A stretch of 64,000 nt of DNA from NCBI GenBank assembly GCA_951406725.2, contig OX597815.1, forward strand, positions 15,872,001-15,936,000, written 5' to 3'. This DNA comes from Octopus vulgaris. Its lineage: Eukaryota. Under the pieces are notes generated by a model. The model made no database searches. It was not told the DNA's origin and saw nothing but the letters and a program-made list of their open reading frames with translations. Positions 50,216 to 64,000 of the stretch are shown here, piece by piece. Position 1 is the first letter of the stretch. Every line of letters begins with the position of its first letter. The position numbers were made by a program, and so were the translations under genes.

Positions 50216-50868
50216 TTCATAATCATCATTATCTTTTAAAGTTCTGCTTTCCATGGTAGGACTGTTTGCCAGGGAACCGGTGAGCTGCAGGACTGTGTCA
50301 AGTTCCAATGTCATTTTTGGCATGGTTTCTATGGCTGGATGCCTTTCCTAATGTAAACCACTTTACAAAGTGTACTAAGTGCATTTTTGTGCCACCAGTA
50401 CTAAGTCAGGTTGCAATGCAACTAACAAAACATAAAAGAACAGAGAAAGAAAAGGAGGACAAAGCTCCCACTATTAAGAAGTATTTGGGAAAGAAAGGTG
50501 GAAATGAGTGACTGTATGCCCGGTGTTGAAAGGCTAAAGTATGATAGGAGGACAAGCCTTGCTATAGAGGAGGTATATAGCTGAAGATAAGAGGAAGGTG
50601 AGCATAAGAGAGGGTGAGAAATGGTGGTCATGGGATGGGATGAGAGTGGATGCTTTCATAAGAGTGTGAGGAGGGAATAAACAGGTGGAGGTAGAGGTTA
50701 GTGTAGTGAGTGAAAAACAAGAGTGGGGGGGAATTTTCTCTTCCCTTATATCAGGGAAATTTCCCAAGTTGCAAACACTTTATCCTATCACAATTATTTT
50801 TTTATTAGTTTTGCATGAAGAAAAGTTGAAATGTCATTTTTAGGCATTTTTCTTAAAATACTTAATGG
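49499..50868 (+). repeat. ~140-bp direct repeat pair about 1.2 kb apart
   Basis: TTTTCTCTTCCCTTATATCAG.GAAATTTCCCAAGTTGCAAACAC..AATACTTAATGG at 49499-49638 and 50733-50868. Confidence 0.85.
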
Positions 50869-51379
50869 GGGGATGATGGGAAATTCAAGGATGCAAAAGG
50901 GTGAGGTTGGAGATATGGGAGTGGCTCAGGAAGAATGGAATAGAAAGTTGTATATGAGGTGTGGGAGAAGAAGAGGGAGAGATAGGGATACATAAGAGGC
51001 TACAGTTGGTGGCTTATGATAGTAGATATGTGAGGGAATTGAGAATGATAGCAAATAAAAGAGGTTTTTAGAATTGGCTGTAGCAGAGAGAAATAAGGGG
51101 ACAGTGGCAGAAGGCACAGAGTAGAAGTGATTGGTGTAAATGATGTGAGTATAGATGATGAGAAATGGAAGTAGATCTGGCATGAAGAGTATTTGGGAGA
51201 GTATGGGATGTAATATATGTGATATTACTCATAGATGAGTACAGCAGCTACATAGAACCATAGATGGGGAGGGGGGAATACTTGACATCTCAGGGAGGGA
51301 GGAGAGGAGGGACACAGCTTTGCACATATCTGAGTGGTTATAGGATATCCTTTTTGCTGTAATCAATGGCTCTTCTTGA

Positions 51380-51960
51380 GCACAGCATGATGCCAGCCTT
51401 CTCAGTCCTTTGTCATCTCTGTAAGGCTGTTAAGCATCTTGAAATCAGCCGTCAACACCTTGTTCCATAGCTTCCTGGGTTTACCTCTTCTATGAGTTTC
51501 ATCCACTTTAAGCAATCAACACTTCTTTCTGCAACTGTCCTCATCCATTCGCTTCACATGACAGAACTAACAAAGTCTTCTCTCTTTCATGCTATATCTG
51601 ATACCTCTTATGCCTAACTTTTCTCTCAATATATCTGTACTTTGTCATACATGAACACTTATACTAAAACTGCACATCAAGTAGAACATGCTAGTTTTGT
51701 TCCTCTGTAGTCTTTGCATATCCTCTATCACTACCATGTAGCATTGTTGTATGTATGCAATCTGCCTTTCACTCAGAGAGAGAGAGAGAGAGAGAGAAAA
51801 AGAAAGGAAGACACTTTCTTGCCAACAGAGGTAATAGCTCTCTGAACTTACTCCAGCCTACTTTTATTCTAGTAACTACACTTTCAGAACTTTCATCTCC
51901 ACTGGTAATTAGGTCACCTAGGTAACAGAAACTATCTATTACCTGTAGGAAGCCTGTATG
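51380..51960 (-). mobile_element. RTE LINE 3' half, decayed
   Basis: QVIDSFCYLGDLI..SESVVTRIKVGWSKFRELLPLL in ORF 51769-51993, plus downstream RGKPRKLW. Confidence 0.85.
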
Positions 51961-52169
51961 GTACTTGAGAAAATCAATTTCCCATGCAACCACAGACTTT
52001 ATGGCACCTCTGTGTCTTCCACAAATGAAAACTACACCTCTTGTGTATGTATGTATGTATGTATGTATGTATGTATGTATGTATGTATGTATGTATGTAT
52101 GTATGTATGTATGTATGTATGTATGTATGTGTGTGTGTGTATGTATGTATGTATGTATTTACGTATGTA

Positions 52170-53170
<1,001 letters not shown>

Positions 53171-54043
53171 AGTATGTATGTATATGCACACACATAACAG
53201 GCTTCTACAAGTTTCCATCAACCAAATTCACTTATAAGCATTGGTCAGTCTGGGGCTGAAGTAGAAGACACCTACCCAATGTGACATGCAGTGGGATTGA
53301 ACTTGAAACCACATTGTTACAAAGTGAGCTTCGTAATCACACAACCATGCCTGTACCTACAAAGAAGACTGTTTGTCAAATGTTAATACTTAAAAAGCCA
53401 GGAAAAATTGTTCATCATTTAGTTTAAGTATAATTCGTGTGTTTGAAATGTATAGTCATGTATTTGTTACTTGTGAGAGTGCACACGTTTTGAGTGGGCT
53501 CTACATTTCATAGCACAATTTTAAATTATCTAAATTTGTGTTAAGAGATTCAGTGAGAAATACATGCATTTGTTGATTATGTTTTATGTATGAAGTGGAT
53601 TACAATAGTTAACAGCATTTGTGTTGTTGTTCTGCATGAGATTCAAATGACAATTTGTCCTATAAACTATTCTCACTGAATCTGCTATCAATATTGAGCA
53701 CTAAGGTTTTATAATAGCTACAAAGCTTCAGAAGGCAATTGATGAGATGTCACTATAATTTTGGTAATCTGTAGCAACTTAAAGTGATTTCCAAAGATAT
53801 TAATTAAGAAATGTTTATGTAACAATTTTATGTTTATGTAAAAAGCAATTTAATGCCAAGAAATAGTTACAGGACCAATAACATTTTAGCACAAACAGAA
53901 CAAAATTAATTGACTACTGATAAATATCAATTTATCTATGTGTGCATATGTGTCTTAGACACATGCACATGCACTAGAAAAAGTATGGAAAAACCATAAG
54001 GTGAATAATGTTTCCTAACACCCAATTCTACAAACTTACATAA

Positions 54044-54350
54044 TCTATATATATAAACAGCAAAATGTCTCTGTGCGTGTCCTTTATACAAATCCACAAT
54101 TTTTCAGTTAGAGGGCTCACACTTTCTATGGTCATTCAAAACCGTTCAAGGGTGCTTGTGCACATCTTTACATTTCCCCAGCCACCCCGCAAAGCCATTA
54201 AAAAATCAATAGAAGTGACTTATTTGTGAATTTTCTATCCAAAACCCAATCAATATGCCCGAAACTTGACACACCAATTGAATGCCAGCTAACTGCATGT
54301 GATTGGTCAGAGATTTGGACAGTACTCGCGTTGCCGGGTCATAGTGCTAG
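54044..54350 (+). mobile_element. Non-autonomous Helitron
   Basis: Inserted between A and T, with 5' TCTATATATATAAA and 3' GC-rich CTCGCGTTGCCGGG then CTAG. No TSD. Confidence 0.8.
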
Positions 54351-54989
54351 TTAAGATTATTTTTTGATAATTTACAAGTGTCTGCCATAGCTGTCCATGG
54401 AAGTTACATTATGGATGTGACTTAAGTTTAATGTGCTTTGAAAGTTCATAAATATTGTCACATTGTCCAATACATATGAATGTACTTAAAATGGCTAACT
54501 ACTTGTTGGTTGTAACTAGACGAGAGAATTTTGTCTATTATTGTCACACGTAATAAGCTTGTTGTCTTGTGGCCAGATAAAACTGTTGATGGATATAAAC
54601 AGAGAATGTTATGGCTACATAAATAAGCTTTATTTAATCTGGTTTAACTTTTATTTACCTTGGTTTGGACACCCCATGAACCAAGGAATTGTAAAATGAA
54701 ATGTTATACCTAGACATAAAATTCGTAAATTGGAAATAATAGTGAATATCTTACGTCGTATTCACAGCATGTTGGTGAGATGACTCTAAAATTGTCATTT
54801 CGCAGTTTGCATTTGTCCACACTTATACAACATCCCAAGATTAACATCAACAGTATTGCTTAAATCCTCAAGTTTCGGACAATGCAATAATTGTTCATTT
54901 GTCTAGATGCACTGGCATTAACAGATGTTTCTGCCATTACCTTTTAAATCAATCACTGACTTAGACCAGTGTTATGTAACAGACAGAGA

Positions 54990-55310
54990 AGGTGCATGGC
55001 TCAGTGGTTAGGGTGTCGGGCTTACAATTGTAAGGTTGTGAGTTCAATTCCTGGAGTGAGGTGTGTGTGGTGTTCTTGAGCAAGACACTTATTTCATGTT
55101 GCTTCAGCTCACTCAGTTGTAGAAATGAGTCGCAACGTCACTGGTCTTTGCCTCTTCTTTGGACAACATCAGTGGCATGGAGAGGGTAGACTGGTATGCA
55201 TGGGTGAATGCTGGTCACCAGAATCAACCTTGCTTGTACTTGTGGCTAGGAGGGGAACTTTCTAGGTGTAATCCCGTGGTCATTCATGACCAAAAGGGAT
55301 CTTTACTTTT
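54990..55310 (+). mobile_element. tRNA-derived SINE, family E
   Basis: TGGCTCAGTGGTTAG A-box, GAGTTCAATTCC B-box, and CTTGAGCAAGACACTT..CACTCAG.TG..AAATGAGT. Confidence 0.8.
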
Positions 55311-56537
55311 GTAAAACAGACAGCTCTTGTAACATAGAAGAGATAGGTGATTTGCAATCATCGTTAACAATAGTTGTTTAGAATGCAATCAAGCCAGAGA
55401 TGGTGAGCCAGTAGATGTAACTCAGAGATGAGGCATCCCAGCCTTTCCTTGTAGTCTTTATGGCAGTGGTAGTCACTGTAGACAAAGCATTAATGGGCAG
55501 CAGAACAGCTATGAAGTATCAAGACAACAGATTCACTAACTAGGACAATTATGAAATCATCAATTCAAAAACAGCTTTTACTGGTAACCCAAGCAATGTC
55601 ATACAAAACATTGGCCAGATGAACAATAATAACTCCAGCATGCAGAGCTGTGTACAAGCTCAGACAAGAACAACTATGAGCTCATTAGATTTCCTTACAA
55701 CTTAGATACCGATCTTTTCATATCCAACTACTTCCATCAATACTGTTTAACTTTTCTTACAATGTCTTTATTTTCTTCTCCACACTCTACAGATGCTCTA
55801 CATACACAGACAAAGTCATTCCACATGACACTATAGTCAGATATAACAACTTGCAGTCACAGCTATTACGGCTTATGTAACTTCTACAATCCAGCTTTTC
55901 AGCTATAACAAGTCACTCACTTTTTGACAGATTGCATGCACAGGGCCTTCTACATTTGTATGAAGTAATAAATACATTTTGCAGATTTACTCACAACACA
56001 CATCATATAAATCCATGGTATGTTCTTCACATAGATATATATGTGTGCATGTATTGATTTCAATAATTTATATTATGATTTTTATAATTTGTATTCTTAT
56101 CTTATATGTATTGAATTATAAGGTATATTCCCTCTCTCTCTTTCGGAGAGGCACTGAGCAGCTATACGCACATATACACACACAGCAGTAACTTCCACCT
56201 ACCGAATTCAATCACAAAGCTCCAGTCGGCTCGGGGCTATAGTGGAAGACACCTACCCATGCTATTAAGGTTTTCATTTTGTTAAATGAATAAATAATTC
56301 AACATTCTAGTATCCGAAAGTCGATGAACAAACTAAATTGTTTCTCTATTTTCTTTTTAATTGTATTATGAATTAACGGTAAAATACTTCTTTACCTTCA
56401 CTCGTTTAATACAATAAATAAGTTAATTGCATTGCAATTAAAAACATTTATGTATTAAGAATTTGGGTACTTTACCAACAGTATATTGGATAAATACTAT
56501 CCCTTAGTGGGTTACACCCATAACCCCTAACTTACTT

Positions 56538-56585
<48 letters not shown>

Positions 56586-56780
56586 TATAGATATACAAAT
56601 GCACACAACAGGTTTCTTTCAGATTCCATCTACCAAATTCACTCATGAAGCTTTGGTCTGCCCAGGGCTGTAATCGAAGACATTTGTCCCCAGTGTTTTG
56701 CTGTGAAACCCAAAACGAAGTAACTAGGAAGCAAATTTCTGAACCATACAGTCATATCCATGCCTGTAGACATGCTTGCA

Positions 56781-56811
<31 letters not shown>

Positions 56812-56891
56812 CTGTGTGTGTGTGTGTGTCTATCTGTCTGTCTGTCTGTCTGTCTATATGTCTGTAGACAAACACCCGGACAGACAAACAG

Positions 56892-56981
<90 letters not shown>

Positions 56982-57264
56982 CAGACAGATAGAGCAATGA
57001 CAACATAGGGATAGGAGACGAGAGGATGAAGGTATTTTATTCTGCAAGGAACTTTTGATTTTGTAGACATATTTTTTTTCTAACGGAATGAGTATAATTA
57101 GAACAAGAATAAATAAGCAGAGTAGTGGAAAAAAGATGAGTATTATTCATCTTATAGTAAGTTGCTTGAGATAAGAGTTGGATAGAGTTACACGATCAGA
57201 GGTAGGTTAAGTGTAAGGAAATGCAGGATGGGAGAATAACTGGCATAAAATCATACCACTAATC

Positions 57265-57470
57265 TCTCTCTCTTTCGGAGAGGCACTGAGCAGCTATACG
57301 CACACATACACACACGACAGTAACTTCTACCTACCGAATTCAATCACAAAGCTCCGGTCGGCTCGGGGCTATAGCAGAAGACACCTACCCAAAGTGCCAC
57401 GCAGTGGGACTGAACCCGAAACCATATAGCTAGGAAGCAAGCTCCCTAACCACACAGCCATGCCCGCGCC
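57265..57470 (-). mobile_element. SINE with a family C-like head and a short alternative tail (second copy 56132-56260)
   Basis: TCTCTCTTTCGGAGAGGCACTGAGCAGCTATACGCAC tail is shared by both copies; the head resembles family C. Confidence 0.8.
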
Positions 57471-57687
57471 TGTTGGTGAATAATTGATTATAGTTCAGTG
57501 TTAAATTAAATGTGAGGGTACACAGATAAATGAATAAAAATTAAAAAGGATTATTATTATAACGATGAAAAAATAAGTAAAGAATTAAGGCAGACATTTA
57601 AAAGGAAAGCAGTGTGGGTGGGGAAAGGTGGGGTTATGTACTTTCCTCTAATTTCTGGTATTGAATCTTACTAAAGATACATTAACG

Positions 57688-57719
<32 letters not shown>

Positions 57720-58058
57720 TGCACTCATGTTGTAGTGGGCAAGAAGGAAAGCTGTGCTGATATGATCAAGTAATGTAAGTGGATGACTAGAGCTGTAAAA
57801 AGATGTGCCCTCTGACACCCTGTCACCAATATCATTATCTTCTTTCCAACTACTCCCATCACTCTTATATAATTCAAAACAGTTATATGGATAGAGCGGT
57901 TGTATACTGTCAACCTAACGTGACAGTCCCATAGAGGGAATTACACCACTGCTATTTAGCCCTGGGAAGCATCAACGCTTCCTGTCGGCCTTGACACATT
58001 TCCTGTGTCCTTATGTTTACGAAGGGGAGACAAGCACCCCCAACAGCTAGGCCTGCAT

Positions 58059-58102
58059 CCAGAGACATGACATGTTTCTGAGTCTGCTTGTCATCAGTCT
58101 GG
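58059..58102 (-). ncRNA. Minimal type I hammerhead motif with stem III extended by a 5-nt duplication
   Basis: Minus strand CCAGA-CTGATGA-CAAGCAGACTCA-GAAAC-ATGTC-ATGTC-TCTGG. Confidence 0.6.
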
Positions 58103-58147
58103 AGTAGCAGAGCCTGCTAGCTGAAGATACCTGTCTAGGCTTTGTAA

Positions 58148-58203
<56 letters not shown>

Positions 58204-58289
58204 CAGTGAGGCTTATTCACTGATCACCAAAATTAGAAATATTAAATTTAGTATTTCTAATATAATATTTCTATATATATATATTTAAA

Positions 58290-58610
58290 GACTCCGCCGA
58301 TTACGACGACGAGGGTCCCAGCTGATACGATCAACGGAACAGCTTGCTCGTGAAATTAACGTGCAAATGGCTGAGCATTCCACAGACACGTGTACCCTTA
58401 ACGTAGTTCTCGGGGAAAATCAGCGTGACACAGAGAGTGACAAGGCTGACCCTTTGAAATACAAGTACAACTCATTTTTGCCAGCTGAGTGGACTGGAGC
58501 AACGTGAAATAAAGTGTCTTGCTCAGGGACACAACGCGTCGCTGGGAATCGAACTCACAACCTTACGATCATGAGCCGAATGCCCTAACCACTATCCACG
58601 CGCCCTCACC
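58290..58610 (-). mobile_element. SINE family E head with a different tail
   Basis: Minus strand GGGCGCGTGG.TAGTGGTTAGG..GAGTTCGATTCCC..CTGAGCAAGACACTTT..CACTCAGCTG..AAATGAGT. The 3' part is unrelated to the 54990 copy. Confidence 0.85.
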
Positions 58611-58746
58611 TTATATATATATATACTTTATTTAAAAGCAGCAGAAATATAACAAAAGCTGTTACTCAGCTTTTACTCTACCTCTGGTATTTGAGTACTC
58701 TTTTATCCACCTTGTTTCACATTTATGTGCTTACTCTGGTATATCT

Positions 58747-59126
58747 CTCTTTTACTCTCTTTTACTTGTTTCAGTCATTTGACTGCGGCCATGCTGGAGC
58801 ACCGCCTTTAATCGGGACTTATTCTTTTGTAAGCCCAGTACTTATTCTATCGGTCTCTTTTGCCGAACCGCTAAGTAATGAGGACATAAGCACACCAGCA
58901 TCGGTTGTCAAGCAATGCTAGGGGGACAAATACAGACACACAAACACACACACGCACATATATATATATACATATATACGACGGGCTTCTTTCAGTTTCC
59001 GTCTACCAAATCCACTCACAAGGCTTTGGTCGGCCCGAGGCTATAGTAGAAGACACTTGCCCAAGGTGCCATGCAGTGGGACTGAACCTGGAACCATGTG
59101 GTTGGTAAACAAGCTACTTACCACAC

Positions 59127-59127
<1 letters not shown>
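58747..59127 (-). mobile_element. SINE family C
   Basis: Matches 14992-15392. Confidence 0.9.
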
Positions 59128-59182
<55 letters not shown>

Positions 59183-59615
59183 TTGTATGCTTGTTTATTA
59201 GTCAGATCCTGTGAACATTCTGCCCTGTGTCCTAAATACCTTTGTCTTTTCTTACAGCCAATACTGATAAATCGTCTCATCTATCTGCTAGATGAATTAG
59301 CCTTATTTCCCCTTTACTTTCACACCACTGCTTCACAGATCTATATATAAAAACATTTTATTCCCCGTCTAATACTGAGCAAATAAACGTATATTAAAAT
59401 ATTTTTGATACCATGGATACAAACAACGTTTTTACATATGAAAAAGTATAAATATTTAAATGGCTGGTACATTTAGAGCATTTCTTTTGTGAGTGTTGTT
59501 ACTCAATGTTTTCAGAAAATATATGCATGTTCTTTTATGCTTTTACTTATGTCAGACATTCAAGGGTTTTGGTTGATTGCTCACACACACATGCACACTC
59601 ACACACACACACACA

Positions 59616-59930
59616 CAGTGGCGGACTTGGTCTAAAAATAATTGGTTGACAGGAGACTAAGGGGGCCCACCCGCAGCTACAAGGAGAGCCACCCACAACT
59701 ACAATGCTATCATTTAATTTATTTTTTTTGTTAAAAGTATTCTTTTCAACTGTCTACAAACACAGCCAGGCTGAAATAATTAATGCATCCTTCCAGGAGT
59801 GAATAAAAAATTCTCAAACTTGAGGGGACGGGCCCCTTAGATACTAACATGGGCTCCCATATATGGATTCTAATGGCGCAGGGGCCCACTTGCCATCGAG
59901 CAAGCTGGCTACCTGGCCAGTCTGCCACTG
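59616..59930. mobile_element. hAT-like MITE
   Basis: TIRs CAGTGGCGGACT / AGTCTGCCACTG and internal GGGCCC motifs. TSD not evident. Confidence 0.7.
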
Positions 59931-59944
59931 TCTATATGTGTACA

Positions 59945-59959
59945 TATATCTATCTATCA

Positions 59960-60003
<44 letters not shown>

Positions 60004-60085
60004 GTCAATCTATCTATCTATCTATGTATCTATCTATCAATCTATCTATCTGTGTATCTATGTATCTATCTATCTATCTATCTGT

Positions 60086-60123
<38 letters not shown>

Positions 60124-60178
60124 CTCTATCTATCTATCTCTCTATCTATCTATCTCTCTATCTATCTATCTATCTATA
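59945..60178. repeat. (CTAT)n microsatellite
   Basis: Direct inspection. Confidence 0.95.
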
Positions 60179-61157
60179 TGTGTGTATCCTTATGTTTTTG
60201 TTTTTTTTGTGAATTAGTTTTCTTGTAAACATACATTTATAAGGGACTCTATATGTAAAAAAGTTTCCTAGGGTCCCCTATCTAAATATTTTCTTCCCAC
60301 TTTTCTTCAGTCTAGCATTAACATTTTTCAGCCACCATCTGTTGAACCTGACCTTTTTAATATTCCATCTGTAGGCCAAACAAGGATAAATTTGACCTTT
60401 CTTCTTCAATTTATTCGAAATCCCTCACTTCTACCTACTCCTACCTTTTTATCCCACATTACCAGCTGACATCTCGTGTCATTGTTTCCCATTCTATGTC
60501 TATATTAGTTATGTCGCTGCCAAATTACATAAAACAATTACAACACGAGTATTGTATTTTGAATTAAGCTTTGTGTACCAGTTAAAATTGTTTGAAAGTC
60601 AGTACAAACAATTTTGAAACAACGGAGAGAAAAGAGAAGGAAGACAAAACAACAGTTTACATTTATTAGATAAAGTATAAGCAGTTATTTCATCTTCCTT
60701 ACTTCTGTTTCCTTTTATTTCAAATTTGTATTGTACTAACTTCCTTTCAAACAATTTTTATCTACATCAAATATATATTTTGATAGCTGTCATATGAAAA
60801 AAAAAAATAGCATATGGCACTATAATTAAGAGGATTCCATTGTGTGAGATATTTTAATACAAGTTGTGAACAACTGGCTTTAATGACTACTATTTAAGAA
60901 CACCTGAGTAGTATAGACACTGTGTACATTGTAATATGATTGATGTGACGAATAAATTTTTTTTATCATACTCCAGTTTAAATATTGAAGTTGTTCTAGG
61001 ATTCACAAGGAAATATTAAATATTAAATTTAATTGGAAATATTAGATTTAATATTTCTAATTTTGGTGATCAGTCAATAAACCTCACTGAAAATATATAT
61101 ATATATATATGTTTACAAAGCCTAGAGAGGTATCTTCAGCTAGTAGGCCATGCTACT

Positions 61158-61196
61158 CCAGACTGATGACAAGCAGACTCAGAAACATGTCTCTGG
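61158..61196 (+). ncRNA. Minimal type I hammerhead ribozyme motif (Penelope pLTR-type)
   Basis: Stem I CCAGA/TCTGG, CTGATGA, weak stem II, GAAAC-AT-GTC with palindromic ACATGT. Predicted cut after C61191. Confidence 0.65.
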
Positions 61197-61637
61197 GTGC
61201 AGGCCTTGCTGTTGGGGGTGCTTGTCTCCCCTTTGTAAACATAAGGACACAGGAAATGTGTCAAGGCCTACAGGAAATATTGCATACTTGGTTAGTAAAA
61301 AGTAGCATTAGTAATCTTTATATCCAACTAAACATGGATGCCTTGTTAGGACACTGAATACTGTGTCGTTAGCTTTGAGAGATCCACTTTTACACACTCA
61401 TAGAGGCACTTGGGGCATAAAATGACACACGTAGATTGTAGGAGACAAATTTTACGATTATTTGTCTGCTTCTATGTATCAAGCACCTATACGAGAGGAT
61501 CTCTCGAGGCTAATAAAGCAGTATTCGGTGTTCTAACAAGGCATCCATGTTTAGTTAGATATAACGATAACCTTTTGTTATTAATACTATCTCTGTTGCT
61601 AATAATTAATTAATAATAAATTTTTCATCGAAAACCG

Positions 61638-61696
61638 GTGATTGTCGTACGCTGATGACAGGTCAATACCTAGAAACTGCAGTCCGTGCGTATCAC
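61638..61696 (+). ncRNA. Type I hammerhead ribozyme motif, best preserved in the window
   Basis: Stem I CGTACG/CGTGCG plus GTGAT/ATCAC, CTGATGA at 61652-61658, stem II AGGT/ACCT closed by C.A, GAAAC-TGCA-GTC (palindrome ACTGCAGT). Predicted cut after C61684. Confidence 0.8.
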
Positions 61697-63280
61697 TTAG
61701 GTTGACGAGGGAAGGATGACCTCCCTTTGCAAATACCATAAGGGCACAGAAAGTGTGCCTAAAGCCAGCTGGAGACGATGATCTCCTGGGGCTACAAGCT
61801 ACAGTAACACCCACCCTTAGTGGTTAGCCATGTTGAGATGGCAAATATACCTCACATTGTCGTGCAGTTACTATTTATACCTCGTTCAGAGATTTATTAT
61901 TAATTTTAAAATTACATTAGTTAATTTGTGTTGGAGTACTCTTACATGAGTTGAGAACAAGTATAACAAACTTATGTACTATTAGTAAATAAAGTTGAGG
62001 TCTCTAGTCAGCTGGTGCTGGGGTAATCTGACATGAGCTGAGAACTCAGGAAACAAATAAATGAACTGTTGATGAACAGAATTAGTGTAGACTAAAATCA
62101 GATGAAGACTAACTGGAAGTAGTTGGGTATACTGTTCTTAATTAGATTCACTCATCTCTTGTTGACCAGTAACATAAAGATAATTAAATGCTCATTCAAC
62201 AGGAACTTCTAGTTATGACTCAGATGTAGTATAGAGACAAGTTGTCTAAAAGATTAGGACATAAAATATATGGTTCCTAGTTTAAAGTCAGTCCAAAGTA
62301 GTTAAAAAAGATTTAGTGTTTTTCATTAAGTGGGTCAAGTTACAAAAAGCAGTTTTCTCTTTGACTCAAGTTTTGCTGCTGGTTAACAGTTAAATTATAT
62401 AGCTGCAGTTGCAAAATTTGCACTTTTGAGATATGTTTGGCACATATGAATGCAGGGTAAATTTAGAGTACAGTTGTAGAGTTGCTACGCTGCCAATGTT
62501 TTAAAGGGAAAAATTTCCCTTTCCATTAAATTTAAAGAAATGTAGAACAAACCTCAAACAAGATGTGTGTAGCAGAATAGAAAACAGTAGCCAAGAGAAT
62601 ACAAACACGACCAGCAATCAAAAAGATTAAGTGGAAGCTGAAGAGGATGGAAATGGTGATAATAATAACAATGATAGTGAAAATGATTGTTGATATGAGA
62701 GCACTTGATATTTGTTTACATGTTAAATGCCCCACGCATGCATGTGTGTGTGTGTGTGTGTGTGTGTGCACGCACACAGGCATGCACACGTATGCATATG
62801 TGTGTGTGTGTGAGGCATAGAAATGCATCCTTTTTTTTCTCTACAGACACCAACCCAAGATAAATATCAACCAAATCATTCTTACCAATCTCAAAGGACC
62901 AGAAAATGTGATGGGCTCTGTCCCTCCTTCTGGAGGAGGAGGAGGAGGAGGAGGAGGGGTGGGGGAAGAGGGGGAGGATGTGGTGGTGGTGGAGGGGGGA
63001 TGGGGAGGAGGAGGAGGAGGTGGTGGTGGTGGTGGAGGAGGAGGTGGTAGTGGAGGAGGAGGATTGCAATGACATTGTTGATGTTGGTGGTGATTATAAT
63101 GATGTATTTTCCTGAACCAGTATGAAAATGTCATCGGAATTTTATGTATTTACTTGTTTATTTATACAGTTATCAGCTTAATTATTCCTCCTAGAAGTTT
63201 CTTTTTTATCAGTTATCATTGTTTGAATGAAAGCAGTTGAAGAAGTTGCTTTATTTAATTAATTTCAATTTGTTATTTTA

Positions 63281-63321
<41 letters not shown>

Positions 63322-63814
63322 GTTATCAAAGTCTCTGACATATCTTATTCAGCTCCAGACACCAGCAACAATGCAAGAAGGAAGTAAATCGACTGAGAAC
63401 CGAGGGTAATGAAGCAGCTAGCAACTGAGCGGCAAACATAGAAAATATTCAACAAGATATTCCAACTTCAAATTGGAAGAAAATGATATCAGATAATAAA
63501 CTTGATGTCACATTAAATTGTATGCAACTTGCATTTTTTCATTTCATTAGGATGAAAGAGATATACTCATTTCAAACTTAATGAATAGATTCCAATTACA
63601 TTTGTTATTAATGATATCTTGAATCTTATTGCTACTGCTATTATGGCTTTAATTTTTATTAAAACTTACCATTATTTTTTTAAAAATTTATATGTGATTA
63701 TTTCCTTTCTCTTTTACAAGACAATATGCCAAAGACTAGTGCTTCCAGAAGACGATTACAACTACTAGTTTGGCTACAATGCATTCCATACAAATTTTCT
63801 TTTATCTCTAATAC

Positions 63815-64000
63815 ATCATCATCATCATCATCATCGTTTAACATCCGTTTTCCATGCTAGCATGGGTTGGACAGTTCAACTGGGGTCTGGGAAGCCAGGA
63901 GGCTGCGCCAGGCTCCAGTCTGATCTGGCAGTGTTTCTACAGCTGGATGCCCTTCCTAATGCCAACCACTCCAAGAGTGTAGTGGGGGCTTTTTATGCGC
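63815..64000 (-). mobile_element. SINE family B, cut by the window edge
   Basis: (CAT)n tail and core. Confidence 0.9.

Noticed and set aside
54990-55060. tRNA genes at the heads of SINE families A, C, D and E
   Set aside because: A and B boxes are present, but the acceptor stems are incomplete and the sequences continue into SINE bodies.
55421-55706. ~95-codon frame interrupted by a single TAG (possible A-to-I read-through)
   Set aside because: No recognisable protein similarity and no editing hairpin seen; compatible with chance.

Overview
Eukaryotic, AT-rich, repeat-saturated DNA, very probably from an Octopus genome (judged from the SINE families, microsatellite load and a protamine sequence). 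The one intact gene I can support is an intronless, TATA-driven sperm protamine precursor (ATG 29237 to TGA 29551, 104 aa). Its C-terminal 56 and 44 residues match my recollection of Octopus vulgaris protamines Po1 and Po2. A further 48-aa leader carries more Gly-Gly|Arg/Gly sites, so the precursor may be matured stepwise at di-glycine sites. The rest is transposon debris: at least five SINE families; RTE, R4/Dong-type, Tx1/L1 and CR1-like LINE fragments; mariner and maT (DD37D) remnants; hAT MITEs; two probable non-autonomous Helitrons; and a Gypsy integrase relic. Several Penelope-type repeats carry type I hammerhead ribozyme motifs, and there are many local inversions and duplications, often with (TA)n breakpoints. 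Nearly all supplied ORFs are microsatellite or SINE artefacts. Repeat boundaries were read by eye and are approximate.
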